The notes beneath the pieces are model-generated. The model was not told the origin of the DNA, did no database searches, and saw nothing but the letters and a program-made list of their open reading frames with translations. A stretch of 64,000 nucleotides of DNA from Camelus ferus (lineage: Eukaryota): assembly GCF_009834535.1 (NCBI RefSeq), contig NC_045697.1, positions 3,412,001-3,476,000 of the forward strand. Reading direction: 5' to 3'. A program made the position numbers and the translations under genes. This document shows positions 25,540 through 37,629 of the stretch, piece after piece; position 1 is the stretch's first letter; every line of letters begins with the position of its first letter.

Positions 25540-25995
25540 TGTATGAGTTTCCAGTGGCTGCTACAACAAATTGCTACAAAATTTGTCGCTTAAAACAAGA
25601 CCCATTTATTATCATACAGTTTTGGGGGTCAAAGTCCAAGATGGTCTTATGGGCTCAAATCAAGGTCTCTGCACCTTCTGGAAGCTTTAGGGGAAAAATC
25701 CACTTCTTTGCCTTTTCCAGCTCCTAGAGGCTGCCTGCATTCCTTGGCTCGTGGCCCCTCCTCCATCTCTAAAGTGCATCCCTCCGATCTCTGCTGCCAT
25801 TGTCATGTCTCCTTCGTCAAGTCTTCCTCTGACTGCCTCCTAGAAGGACCCTTGTGGCTGCAAAGGGCTCACCTGGCTAATCCGGGATAACTGCCCCACC
25901 CTCATCTTCATCACATCTGCAAAGCCCTCTTTCTTGTGAGGTGACATATTCCTAGACTCCTGGGATGAAGACGTGACAGACCTGGGGGGCACTGA
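25540..25995 (-). mobile_element. MaLR solo LTR (MLT1D-like)
   Basis: Contains tgtatgagtttccagtggctgct, ttgccttttccagctcctagaggctgcc and cacatctgcaaagccc. Confidence 0.85.
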
Positions 25996-26104
25996 GCCAG
26001 GTCTGAGGTCCGGCTGGGAGCAGGAGGGGTGACAGTGAGCTGTGAGAGAGAGGGCAGGGCCAGAGGCTAAAGAGATGGACAGCGTGAACGGCCCCAGAAC
26101 CCCA

Positions 26105-26915
26105 GACAGATCTGGACCTGCTCTGGATTACAGCCCGCCCTGGCCACGGGGGGCTGCTGAGCGCCCAGGATGGTGGCAATTCCTCTGAACGGAGACACCC
26201 TGTAAGTGTCAGGTACACACTGATTTCAAAGATGCAGTAGATAAAAAAGAGTGTAAACTATCTCATTGTAATTTTATACCAGATACATGTTGACATAATA
26301 TTTTGGATATACCAAGTCAAAGAAAACTTATTATTAAGATTAATTGCATCTGTTTCTTTCTGTCATTAATAGAGTTAATTTTTTCAAAGCAGTTTTAGGG
26401 TCACAGTTCAACCGAGAGCAGGGTACAGAAATCCCCGTCCAGCCCTGCCCCCACACGTGCATAATCTGCCCCGCTACGTGCATCCCCCACCAGAGATGCA
26501 CACTGTTAGGACGGATGCACCTACACTCACAGGTCATTGTCACTCGGACTCTGTAGCTTACACGAGGGGTCACTCTTGGGTTGTGCGTTCTCTGGACCAA
26601 TGTGTGATGACATGTACCCAGCATGACAGCGCCACACAGAGTAGTCTCACTTCGCAGAAACGCCCGCACTCCGCCTCGTCCTCTGCCCTCCCTCCCCGCC
26701 CCCAGCCCCACAACCACGGGTCTTCCACCGTCTGCAGAGCTCTGCCTTTTCCAGAAAGTCCTATGTTGGAACTGTACGTTAAGTAGCCTTTTCAGATCGG
26801 CTTGTCTCCCTCGGTAACATGCCTCTAAGGTTGCTCGAGGACTTTTCATGTCACCCGTTTCTACTTTTTAATGACAACCCACATGTGGCTCACATCCTAT
26901 TTCTGCTGGACCGGC
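26105..26915 (+). mobile_element. MER33-like hAT-Charlie DNA transposon, split by an L1MC insertion
   Basis: The 5' part spans ~26105-26360 (tgtaagtgtcaggtacacactgatttcaaagat...ataatattttggatata...attaattgcatctgtttcttt). The 3' part resumes at ~26855-26915 (actttttaatg...catgtggctcacatcctatttctgctggac). Confidence 0.75.
26362..26850 (-). mobile_element. L1MC-type LINE-1 3' end nested in the MER33-like element
   Basis: Contains agcagttttagggtcacag, catcccccaccagag, ggtcactcttgggttgtgcgttct and ttttccagaaagtcctatgttggaact...tagccttttcagat. Confidence 0.8.
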
Positions 26916-29900
26916 GGGTCTGGACACAGGCAGAGGCTGTGGGCGGCCTCTGCAGGGCGAGGGCAGCGTTCTCAGAGGATGAGCTGAGTGACTCCATGAA
27001 GAGCGTTAGGTTGTACTCAGTCAAGGTATGCCTGGTGGGAGGTGTCATCGCACATCGTCATTTTGGGAAGACTGCTGTGACTGCAGATGGGGCGGGTGAC
27101 GGAGGTGGACAGAGGTGGATGGGGGTGGGGAGGAGCAGAAAGGAAGGGCAGGACTCCTACCCGGGGGCATGCGTTGGGGATGGCGAGGCACTGGGTTGAG
27201 GGAGGAGATGGAGGGAGACCCAGGGCGACGTGTGGGGCCAGAGGCACTACTGAGCTGGGTGCAGCTTCAGGGAGGCGCAGGGCGGGGCTGGGCGGCAGGA
27301 CAGCCCCCGGGGGAAGGATGCTCTCTCAGCCCCGCAACGCCTGCGGGGTACAGGGGTCCCTGAAGAGGTCAGAGCAGCACGTTTCCCCCGTGCCCACGGC
27401 CGGGGCCACTTCCTCACCTGGCACCTGTCTGAGGAGCCCCAAGACCCCATGAAGCCGAGAGGCAAAGTGGCATCGGGCTGGCTGGGAGCGAGGGGTCTGG
27501 AGGTCGGGGGTCTGGCCATGCCCCTTCACCGCTACTGGTCCCGGGCACACACTCAGGGATGGGCATCGGCTTCCGCTGGAGGCACTAGAGGGCTGGAAGC
27601 AGGGGTCCCTGGGGTCCCCACAAGTGGAAAAGGCTGTGATCACGTGCCTTAAGCCTGCAGTTTCCCTGCCTATTACTTGGCCTCGGGGTCTCACTGACAT
27701 GCTGAGGGATCGGTTTTGGGGGAAACCCTCGCCCAGGCAGACCTCGCTCTTCGTGGGCCATGCAAGTGTCCTTATGTCTCCTCATTATTTCTTCAGGCCA
27801 CCTGTTTCTCAAAGAAATTCAAATGAAGGAAGAAGTCTAGCAGTGACAGTGATCCGTACTATGAAGATTTATTCCAGGAAATGAAAGTTGAAAGTGGCGG
27901 AGTGCGGTGCGGCCCCTGCCTCGCCCTGCGTGTCTGAGAGCTGCCAGAAATAAGCGCCACTCTTGCGATGCAAAACAGGGATGCCCGGGGACACTTCAGA
28001 TGCCCAGTGCTGGGAGGCCCTGTCTCCTCCCCAGAGAGTGAGTATCTCTGTTATGAGCTTGGGACAAGGAGGACTCTGAATTGAATGCCTTACATTCCTG
28101 ATTCCTATCTAAATCCAACCCCCTCCCTCCCCAGCCCAAGGGACCAACCCTGAATGCAATGCTACCTCCTCCCAGATCACCCAGGTGGAATGAGGACAGC
28201 GGTCACCAAGATCATCCAAGAACCCACAGGCCAGGCACACAGCTAGCACTCAATAAATGCTTGTTGGATTCCTAGGGAGGTGCTCCAGGTACCAGCCCCG
28301 GAGGCTGTGTGACCTCGGGTGAGCCGGTATCCCTCTCTGGACAAGTTTCGCATAGAAACTGTGGAGACTGGATTTGATTAATGTCTGAGCACCAGCCAGC
28401 AAGTGACCTCTGAACTTGCCTGTTGGGGAGAGACTCCCCCTCTCATCTCAGGACAGTCAAAATCCCTGTGAGAGCCCAGCAGTCCAGGGGTAAGGAAGCT
28501 GGGGAGGGAGGAAGGGAAGGAGTGGGGAGGAAGAAAGAGGGGAGGAGGGGGAAGGAGGGGGAAACAGGGCCCACTGAGGGCATCCTCTGTGCCAGGCTGC
28601 CGGCCCCCCACCGCCCACCCCAACCTTCCCCAGCGCTCACACCACCTCCAAGTTCTTCTGACAGCAACTCAGAGTATCCAGTCTAGATATATTCAAGTTA
28701 AAAATTTAAAACAAAAAACTAGACTCTAAAAATGAACAAATATATACATGGAAGGCAAGCACAGTAAGAGAACAGCTATTTGCACATCGGTAGCTTAATT
28801 GCTGAGTGTTTGTACATATTCGCTTTTTTAATGATTTAATTAAGGCATTTTCATACCCTATAATTATTTCATTGGCAGGGACTTATGTTCCGCTCCTGCC
28901 CCTCCCCCCATGCAGACGAGCGCCCCCACCCGTCTCCCCACAACACTGGGAAACCGCACAGCCAGGAAAAGTGGCGCCCCCTGCAGGCCGGCACCACTTG
29001 CAAGTGTGTGGCCTGGGGCAAGGCTGGGACCTCCACAAGACTCAGTTTCTTTATCTGTAAAAGGGGCCTGAGGCATAGACCTCAGATACCCATGGTGAGG
29101 TCAGAGATGGATCCAACTCCGATCTCCAGGCGCCCACCCCCGGCTCTCCCTCCAGGGAAGGTGGTGTAAGTTTGTTAGAGACTCATACCCCGGCTGACCG
29201 CCCTGCGGAGCTTTGGTCGGACTCCAGCTGCCCCCAAGGTCTGCAAGGTGAGATGAGAAGGAATATCTTCGCCTAGGGGACATCACCCAGGGGCCACCCT
29301 TGTCCTCAGGAACTGACAACGCAGTGGGGCCCAGAAAGACGAGGCTTTGATCCACTGCTGCCCTGGACCAACTGATAAACTCTCCCAGGATCAGCGAGGG
29401 AGGAGAACTGAGGCAGCACAGGGCACTGGTGGGGCCGTCAAGTCCTTTAAGAAAATTCTGTGATGTGACTTGAGATTCTGAGTGTGAAGCAGGGAGTCAG
29501 ACGCCAGCCAGGTGGGTGAGCTGAGCGAAGCGATCTCAACCTGCCTTCAAGGGGCGCATGATGTTGGTGGCAGAGGAGGCGCCATGCAAGTCACCACAAG
29601 GATCTGGGAGCGTGGTCTCCCTCCAAGGTGAACGGCCTCTTGGGGGCATTAACATGAACGTGGGCGCATTGTGCCCGGGGCAGAGCGCTGGCAGCCACAT
29701 TCGACCTGGAGCATACCTTCCTGAGGAAACTGGGGCTCGAGGCCTTTCCCTGACTTGCTGAGGGTCGCACAGCAACTGCAGGAAAGTCGGTTTAAGCCCA
29801 GGCAGCCAGGCTCAAGTCTGCTTTCTCTGCTCCACCCCAGGCTGCTCCCCGAGGGGTGCACCCCCGACCCTGGAGGTGTTCACACAGCCCAGCACCCACC

Positions 29901-30908
29901 CTGCGCGCCTGGACTTTCTGACTCCATGTCTCATTCTCGCAGAGCCTGGTGGGCAATGTTCTCTGACACGTTAGCATTCGGACACTGACCACAGCCTGTC
30001 CTCACTCAGGAGCTGTTAGTCCCACCCGTGGGTTTTCTCCCTGGCTTAGGGCTTCTCCTTAACTCAAGCCAGTCTTAAATCAGCCCAGGCAGTGTTCCTG
30101 GCTGGCTGAGAGGGCTGGGGCAGCAGGGGCCCGTGCCCACCTCTCCAAGCCCGTCCCAGGAGTCTCCCAACCAGCCTTTCCACGTGTGGCTCTTAGCCTC
30201 ACTTCTGTGGCCCTGCTGATGCTCTGTGCCCATGGATATTAGGTGCTGTTAAGCTTGCTGGCAGATCTTTCCCGAATAAAGCTGGGCCTGGCAGGCCCTG
30301 GTCCCAGAGACTGCCTCAGTATCCCCGCCTGCAGCTCTACAAACCTTAGGGGTGGAAATTGGGGCAGGACCTGGGACCAGATCGCCCTGCAGGGCAGCCC
30401 ACACAATGCTCTCCTCATGCTGGCTCCTGGCCTACTGTGCCTTCTTACTCCATATCCTTCAAAATTCCTGAGATCAGTGAATTCCTTCAGCTGGAGTTCC
30501 TTTCAGCACAGCTTTCCTGAGCACCTATTACGTGCACGCTTGGTGCTGGGCATGGTGTGCAGTGTGGGTGGGCGGGGTTTCTGCAGCCAGTGGTCCCAGC
30601 TCAGCTGTACTCACTGTTCAGATCCTGAAAGAATTCCACACCAGTCAGTCAACAGCCCCTCCTCCTGGACGCGGCCCCTCCCAAGACCTCCTCACAGACC
30701 AGCAGTAAAGGGCTTAAACCCAGCTTAGCAGGGGCCACCAGGAGCCAGTTCTGGGCGGTGCCAGCGTCCATTCTGATGAGCCATGCTCCTGCCGCACCTG
30801 GTGTGGACCAGGGCAGGGTGCTGCCTCTGGGGAGCCCAGGATCCGGGGGGTGGGGTGAAGCACAAGGAAAGGACCTGGGAAATGCAGCCAAAGAGGAGCT
30901 CGGAGTCC

Positions 30909-31101
30909 AGGAAGGTGCCAGGAGCTCTCAGAGCCTGGAGAAGGTGGTAGAGGCTTCCACGGAACCTAGGAAAGTGCCAGGAGCTCCCGTGGAACCTGGG
31001 GAAGGGTTCTAGGAGCTGTCAGAGTCTGGAGAAGATGCCAGAAGCTTCCATGGAACCCAGGAAAGTGCCAACAGCTCTCATGGAAGCCGGCAAAGGCTCT
31101 A
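30909..31101 (+). repeat. ~30-nt tandem repeat with a 91-nt higher-order duplication
   Basis: The block starting at 30920 (aggagctctcagagcctggagaag...ggaaagtgcca...) recurs at 31011. Confidence 0.8.
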
Positions 31102-31898
31102 CATGTGCCTCGGGGGGGCCTGGGGGGCCTTGCAGGGGAGCTGGCAGGAACTGAGAAGGGAAGGGGAGGAAGAGGGCATCGGACAAAGGGGTGGGGGTAT
31201 GAAGCGCCCCTGACACTCAGTCCCCAGTGCTGGTCAGGACGCTGGCTGCTCCGAGTGGCGGCAACGAAGGAATAAAAGCCCCAGCCCCAGGCAGAGGCGT
31301 GGAGTCGCCCAGGCCAGGAGCCACGGAACGGAGCCCGGAGGAGATGCTAATGACGCTCGGGGGCCTCAGCCCTGACTGGGCCGCCGGGGCGGAGGCTGCT
31401 CCAGGCCCAGGAGCGAGACCCCCAGCGGGCTACCTTACCTCCTCCCCATCCCGCCCACCGCTCTTGCTGTGCAGGCGTGTGAACTAAGACACAAGCGTGT
31501 GGAGTCACTTGCTCAGCTCGTAAGGGACAAAGAGAGGCTGTATCCGACTTGGGTTCTAAATTGGGCACCTCCTACCAGTGTCCAGCTCTCTGGATGGGAA
31601 AGGGACACCCTAGTTCTGCTGGTTTTATTTCTGGAGGTTTTAAGATGCCCCAAGGTGGGAGCTTTGCATAAGGCTCTTTTCCCAGCAGGTGGAGTCTTTA
31701 GAAGTGGGTTATAACCATGGGGGCTAAATGGTGCCTGTGTCCTGGGCACTCTGCTGGCATGGGCACGGCTCACCGGGCGTGGGCCTGCTGCTCACTGTGG
31801 CACACGGGTCTCATCAAATCCCAGCAGACGTCCCTGCTTTCACAGCCACTCCACAAGCCCTCAGCCGGTGCACTTGCAGAAGCCACGGCGAGCCTGGC

Positions 31899-32075
31899 AA
31901 CCCTGACACAGTGGCGGCGTGGAGAGGCCGAGGCGACCCTGACGCAGTGGGGATGTGGGGAGGCCGGTGGAGGGGGGTGGCAGTGGGGGTGTGGGGAGGC
32001 CGGGGCGGGGGGAGTGGGGGTGTGGAGAGGCCAGGGTGACCCTGACGCAGTGGGGGTGTGGGGAGGCCGGTGGGG
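31899..32075 (+). repeat. ~35-nt G-rich minisatellite
   Basis: About five copies of (accctgacg)cagtgggggtgtgg(g/a)gaggcc. Confidence 0.8.
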
Positions 32076-32640
32076 CAGTGCTTGTCGCTTTGCATTTTGT
32101 CAGGAAGGACACACAAGCCGTCCTACAACTGGGACAGGCCAGTCACCTCCCAGGAACAGGCCCGGCCGCACCCGACGTCTTCGCCCCGCTGCCCAGGGTG
32201 ACGCGCACGGATGCACACGCTCTCCCGGGGAACCAGCCCGTTGGGGAGGATGCCAGGCCCCCTGAAGCCCAGAAGTGTCATTTCAAATAGGAAGCGTCCA
32301 AATAGAATAAGACAAATGGTAACACGAGAGACCTGCTGCAGACCAGATAGCACAGCTCCGAAGAGCTTCCCAGTCGGCAGCTGCCCCGGGGGGGTGGGGG
32401 GCGCGGACAGCCAGGAATCCCCAGCACACGGAGGGCGGGAGAACGCTCCAGGCTGAGGAGTGTGAGCCCCAGCGTCAGGGGCTGGTGTCAAGGCCAGCTA
32501 GGGGCCCGGGCCAGCTTAGGTTCCCCTTGAGACCTTAGGAACCTATCCTCAGGAAAATCCCTGAAGTTCGGCAGCTTTCACACCATAAAGTCTCCTTCCC
32601 AGTATGCGGATGCACCCTCCACTCCTCTTGGAATCATTTT

Positions 32641-32793
32641 AAAAAACAATAGAATGAACATACACATGTTCATGTGTGACTGAAGCGTTGTGCTGCACAC
32701 CAGAAACTGACACAACAGTGTAAACTGCCTGTACTTCAATAAAAAATATACATACACACAAAAAACAGTTAATGTGAAAAAATAATAGAATGA
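32641..32793 (+). mobile_element. Extremely 5'-truncated LINE-1 3' end (~120 nt) with 17-bp TSD
   Basis: 32658-32776 resembles the 3' terminus of the L1 at 5985-6087 (tgtgct..acac..gaaa.tgacacaaca.tgtaaa.tg.ct.ta.ttcaataaaaa). The TSD is AAAAAACAATAGAATGA (32641-32657) / AAAAAATAATAGAATGA (32777-32793), at a TTTT/AAAA endonuclease site. Confidence 0.88.
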
Positions 32794-33959
32794 GATCAAC
32801 AGAAAACAGCAACAACAATAAAAAGAAAAGAAGAGTCTCGTTCAGCCATCAGCTGGGCCCTCCACCCCCGGCCAGCCCTTGTCCGCAGGTGAGCGTATTT
32901 ACAGGTTGCAGTTACAATGTGGGCCCAGATTTTGTTCAGCCTTTATAACTGAATGGGCCGCATTTATTGCCCGCCTGCTGTGTAGTATCCCACCCCGGGC
33001 ACGTGGCGTCGTTGCCGGGTCACTGGTTAGGACGAGCTTTTCTAAAGCCTTTCTGAAAACACTAAGTGCCCACTACGTGCTGTGCACTTTGGAAATTGAC
33101 TTTTTCCTTTTTTTTTGGAAATTGGCTTTTTTTGTTGTTTTTCTATTATTTCTATTACAAGCCCCTGTGCCCTTCATTAAATTTTCCTTCCTTTAACACA
33201 CCCTGGATTATCCCCTAGGGTTAAGTCCTGGGAGTGGAGTTCTAAGCTTCTGCGTGGCTTTTAAAAAATGTATTCTTAGATTCAAGAAACTCTTACAAGT
33301 CAATATTTTAAAAACAAGTGTCCTCATTTATTCTTAGAGGGTCCTGGCAGAAAATGATAACATTTTTACATGCCGATTCCCAGATTACAGAATCTGACGC
33401 TTTGAGTTGATTTTCTGAGTAACTGTTGACTGTATCTGATTTCTGCTAAAGGCAGCCCAAATGATATATTGAACATTTTTAAAGAGGAAGAAAAAAAATG
33501 TAAAGCGACATTAGCAGATGAGATCTGGGCGATATGGAAGGAAATCCTATTTTTAAATGTTCAGAGGAATATTTCAACACAAAGTACAAAAATGAAGTAG
33601 GAAGTGAGACACCCTGAGCACGACTCTCCATCTCAGCAAACATCAAAGAGATGCTTTAAGCCATGAAACTGGGGACATTGGATGGACAGGTTTTAATGTC
33701 AAAAATTCCCGGAATACAAAACAAAGGTTGATTCAATGACAAAACCGAATAGTCACGCCCATAGCCTTCGGGTTTCCATTCCCCAACTGTGTCCTGAAAG
33801 ACGTGCCCTCCGGCACCGGCACCCGCGCTTCCCCAGCACCAGCTGCGCACGCTCCGGCGGGAGGCCCCGCAGGACCTGGGGTGAAGTTCTGAGATCTGGG
33901 CCCGCAGGTGCCTCCGTCCTTTTCTAATACTGGACCCTGAGGCTTAGCTTGCTTGTGAT

Positions 33960-34190
33960 ATCAAGCAACAACCATAAGAATAATGCAATAACTCAGCATC
34001 GCTGCCCCCACATGGCAGGTTCCATGCTGCATGTGTGGCATGGTTCGGCCCCCTTAAATCTCCCAATACCTCTGCGAGGTAGGGGCGAGCATCACCATCC
34101 CATTTTCCAGAGGAGGAGACCGAGGCACGGAGAGGTGAAGTGATAAGCACAGGGGCTGAGTCTGAACCCCAGGAGTCCGGCTCTGAGCCC
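33960..34190 (-). mobile_element. MIR SINE. Representative of many copies, e.g. ~640-690, 19600-19720, 37170-37270, 43880-44100, 48560-48720, 50930-51095, 51950-52010, 52485-52600, 52930-53030, 53400-53470, 53920-54010, 60160-60200
   Basis: Contains the MIR core cccattttccagaggaggagaccgaggcacggagaggtgaagtga, followed by gagtctgaacccaggagtc. Confidence 0.8.
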
Positions 34191-37100
34191 ATGAACGTCC
34201 CCCCACCCCACGCAGCCCCCAGTCCTCACCAGGGACCACTTCCCAGAAGGGAAGGTGTGAGAGGAGACGCTTCTCCAACCTGTGCTGCGGGTGTGGCTGT
34301 GGGTGGGGGCTCCAACAAGCAGCAGGACCACCCAGGGAAGAAGACCCAGGCTCCATGTGAACTGGGAATTTTTGCTTCATGGTTCGGCTGGGGGTCAGAG
34401 GGGACCCTGGCCCAGTTCCTTCCCAGGGGGCACGCCGTCTCCCCTTTCCCATGCTCACGCATCCTGCAGGGGCCCCTGTCAGCATCAACCACAAAGAAGG
34501 ATGGGCCCCTCCGTGGAAGACAATGAGCACCTCTGGGTTCACACCCACCTGGCCTGTGTTTTCCCAGCTGATAAAACCCGCAGACATGCCAGCCAGAGGC
34601 CCAGAGTTCTCTCTGTTCCTTCAACCAACGCTGGTTTCCTCTTCTCCCAAATCATGACATCACTCTCTGAACAACCTCCCCTGTGTCTCTAGAGCCTTCA
34701 GGATGGAGCCAGGTTCCTAACAAGAGCAGGCCCTGGGCGAGCCTCGGAAAGCATGCAGGGAGGGGTGCTGGCAGCTGCCATTCTGCACAGGAGGGGGGCG
34801 GGGCTCAGGGAGGAGACCCCTACTCACAGCAGAGCCTTCGGCAGGTGCAGACAGGACCCAGGACACCCGGGACCCTCCTGGCACCCCCGCGTGGATCTCC
34901 CTGCTGCCCTTCTGGGGGTTGGTCATGTCGCTTTGTGGCTGGCCTGAGTCTCCAGCCCCTCCAAGGTAAAAATGAGACCCACTGACCCAAGGCCCCCACC
35001 ACGAATCATTGTTAGCAGAGACGTGTGGCCGGCCCAAGGCCTTAGGAAACAGCTCTTAACAGGCAGGACCTTCCAAGTGCTTAGACGTGACTCTTCCAGG
35101 CACCAGTCAAGGGCTAAACCTTCCTTTGGATGTGTGGGGTTTGGACAACGTAGATGAGCTGAGTTAACCCGTTCCTGCTCCTTCGCACACACCTCGTCTG
35201 GTGGGGGGTGGGCAGGGAGCACAGGGGGAGGAAGGGACTGGCTGCACCTGGGCCAGTTACTGTGCTGAGCGGTCCAAGCTTGTCACTTCATTTAACCCTT
35301 GTGACACCTCTGGGTGGAAGGCATGTCCCCAGGGTATAGACGGGACCCCTGAGGTCTAGTAAGTTGAGCGACCAGCCGCAGGTCACGCAGCCTGTCCTCA
35401 CGCCCCCTCCACATGAGCATGGCGTGGACCGTGGCTGCTGCCTTAGGATGAAGCTCGGAGGCGCCTGCAGGCAGCTGGCTCCCGGGATGATGTGAGCCTC
35501 CCCAAGGCTTTCCGCCTGCTCGGCCTGGAAAGTGCCTGGAGGGGGCAGGGGCTCTGCCGGGCCCAGTCCACTGCAGGTCTCGGCTGAGCTCTTCACCGTC
35601 TCATGCCGTCGCTGTGGCCCCAGCGCACTGCCCAATGCATGGGCTCCGGCTTTAGCTCAGTGGCCATGGAGCTGCCTTCTCTGCACGTTGAGAGCAGGAT
35701 GCCAGGATGCCTATCTGTCTTGCTGACTCCCTGGGGCTGCAGGGATGGATGCACTGCTGCAAACTGCCCGCCCTCTACAGATCGGAGCCTTTATCTACTG
35801 CTCCCAAGTCCCTCCCCCTGTTACTCTCTGTCCCTTGTCCCGGTTGACTTTTGCCCACAGTGCATATTGCTGCCTGACACTGCACAAGTGTTTTGCTGAT
35901 CTATTGTCTGTCTTCCTCCAGAACATCAGCTCCTGGGAGGGGAGTGCTGGTGTCTGGTTTCCCATCCCCCCGCCCCAGAGAGCCCACCCACCCCTGGTGC
36001 TCCCTTGGGTTTGTTGTATGTGTGATCCGGTCACGCTTTGTTTCCCCCCCAAGGGCTGCTCCACTTACTGAAAGTGTTCCTTCCCTCGCTGCCTGCCGCA
36101 ACCTTGCTCGTAAGTCAGGGGCCCGCAGGTTGGGCCTGGGCTGGGCTCACCCTGGGCCCGTGGAGCTGCTGGCCCTGGGCTCAGACACCAGCAGCAGCTA
36201 GTCGCCTGTGGGTCTGTCACCCGCCCTGTGACACTGTGAAAGCTGCAAGACCATAGCCCTCGCCTCTGTGTCCCCTGCTCCCAGCCCCGGCAGACATCAG
36301 TGAAAGTCTGCTGAAATGAATGAATGATGCCAAACCCCTTCCATAATGGCAGGAAATGACAGTAAAACTTAGGCGAGGAGCGGCCGCACTCCCGCCTCCC
36401 CAGCGCTCTCTCTTTGGGAGGCAGCCCCGGGCACAGCGTAATAACTTGATGCACTCCAGGCGAGGGAGCCGGAGCAGGTGGAAACTGGCGGAACGTATTT
36501 CTCCAATTCGTAAGAATCCCATTTGAGAGTTAAATAATGACAAGATGTCTTTAAGCGCTTGAAAATTATGAGCTAAGCTGTTCTCAGAGAAGGCCCGCCA
36601 TGCAGCAAGCACGCAGGATTGATTGTTCCGACCACAGACCACAGGTCCGCGGGCGGGGCGGTGGGAAGACTGCAGGCCGGCTCCGGGGAAGCACGGGGGC
36701 ATCCCTGGGGCCACGGAATCTCACCTCCCCCAACCCCCCCCCCCCACAGGGCGGGCCTCCCCGGCACCGCATCTCCCTTGGGCTCCCTGTGCCCAGAGGC
36801 GCCAATCAGATGGTGCCCGCCATCCCTGGCTCTGGCCAACCTCCGGACCCAGTGTCCTGACTGGGCTGCAAGTGGACCCCTTAAACTCCAGGCCCTGTGA
36901 ACGCTGACCATGACTCTTTGTCCATGCCTCACTTCTAGAATCAAGCTGCAGCCAGGTCCCCCCTCCCAGGAGCTTGGGCCAGCAGTGCTGTCTCAGCGGG
37001 GTGAGGCGTGGGGGCTTCTGCTGGCCGTTGGCCGAGGCCCGGGCTGGAACTCCCACTTGTCCACAGTAAAAATGTTTTTAAAAGTCATGCAACTTACACC

Positions 37101-37615
37101 TGTAGGGCACAGCATACTTCTTCAAAGCGCCCTCTTGCTTTGTGACCACAGAGGGTCCCACTTTAGAGACTAGAAAATCAAGGCTCAGAGAAGTTAAGTG
37201 ACTTGCTCAGAGATCCACAGCAAGCAGGTGGAGAGGCAGGGGGTACTCAGGCCTGTCGGATTCCACAGCCCTCGACCCTCCCCTTCTGCTTGCAGGGAAA
37301 GCAGCGGTGACGGTCCTCCAAGTGGCCCTGTGTTCCAGAAACAGTGCCTCGGGCTTTACCTACAGCCTCTTAGCCCACCTGCAGCCTGGAGGGAGGTGTG
37401 AGAACTGGCCTTGACAAAGAAGAAGCGAAACAGAGGTTCTGGGACCAGAAGTGGCTTCCCAAGGCCCCGTGGTCCCTGATGGCAGTATCTCTGGGACAGG
37501 CTCGATTCAGACGAAGAGCTCCCACCACCTGGGGTTCTGGCCTCATGGAGACATGGGGTCTCGCATACTCCCAGGGTGCTCACAAAAGGACACCTGCCAC
37601 ACTTGCATGTGTCCG

Positions 37616-37629
37616 TCAGTAGAGGGCGC
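37616..37629 (+). promoter_or_regulatory. CTCF core motif match
   Basis: TCAGTAGAGGGCGC versus the consensus CCASYAGRKGGCRS, one mismatch. Confidence 0.45.

Noticed and set aside
30909..32075. Short periodic repeats as a CRISPR-like array
   Set aside because: This is mammalian DNA, and the repeats are degenerate tandem units with no unique spacers and no cas genes.
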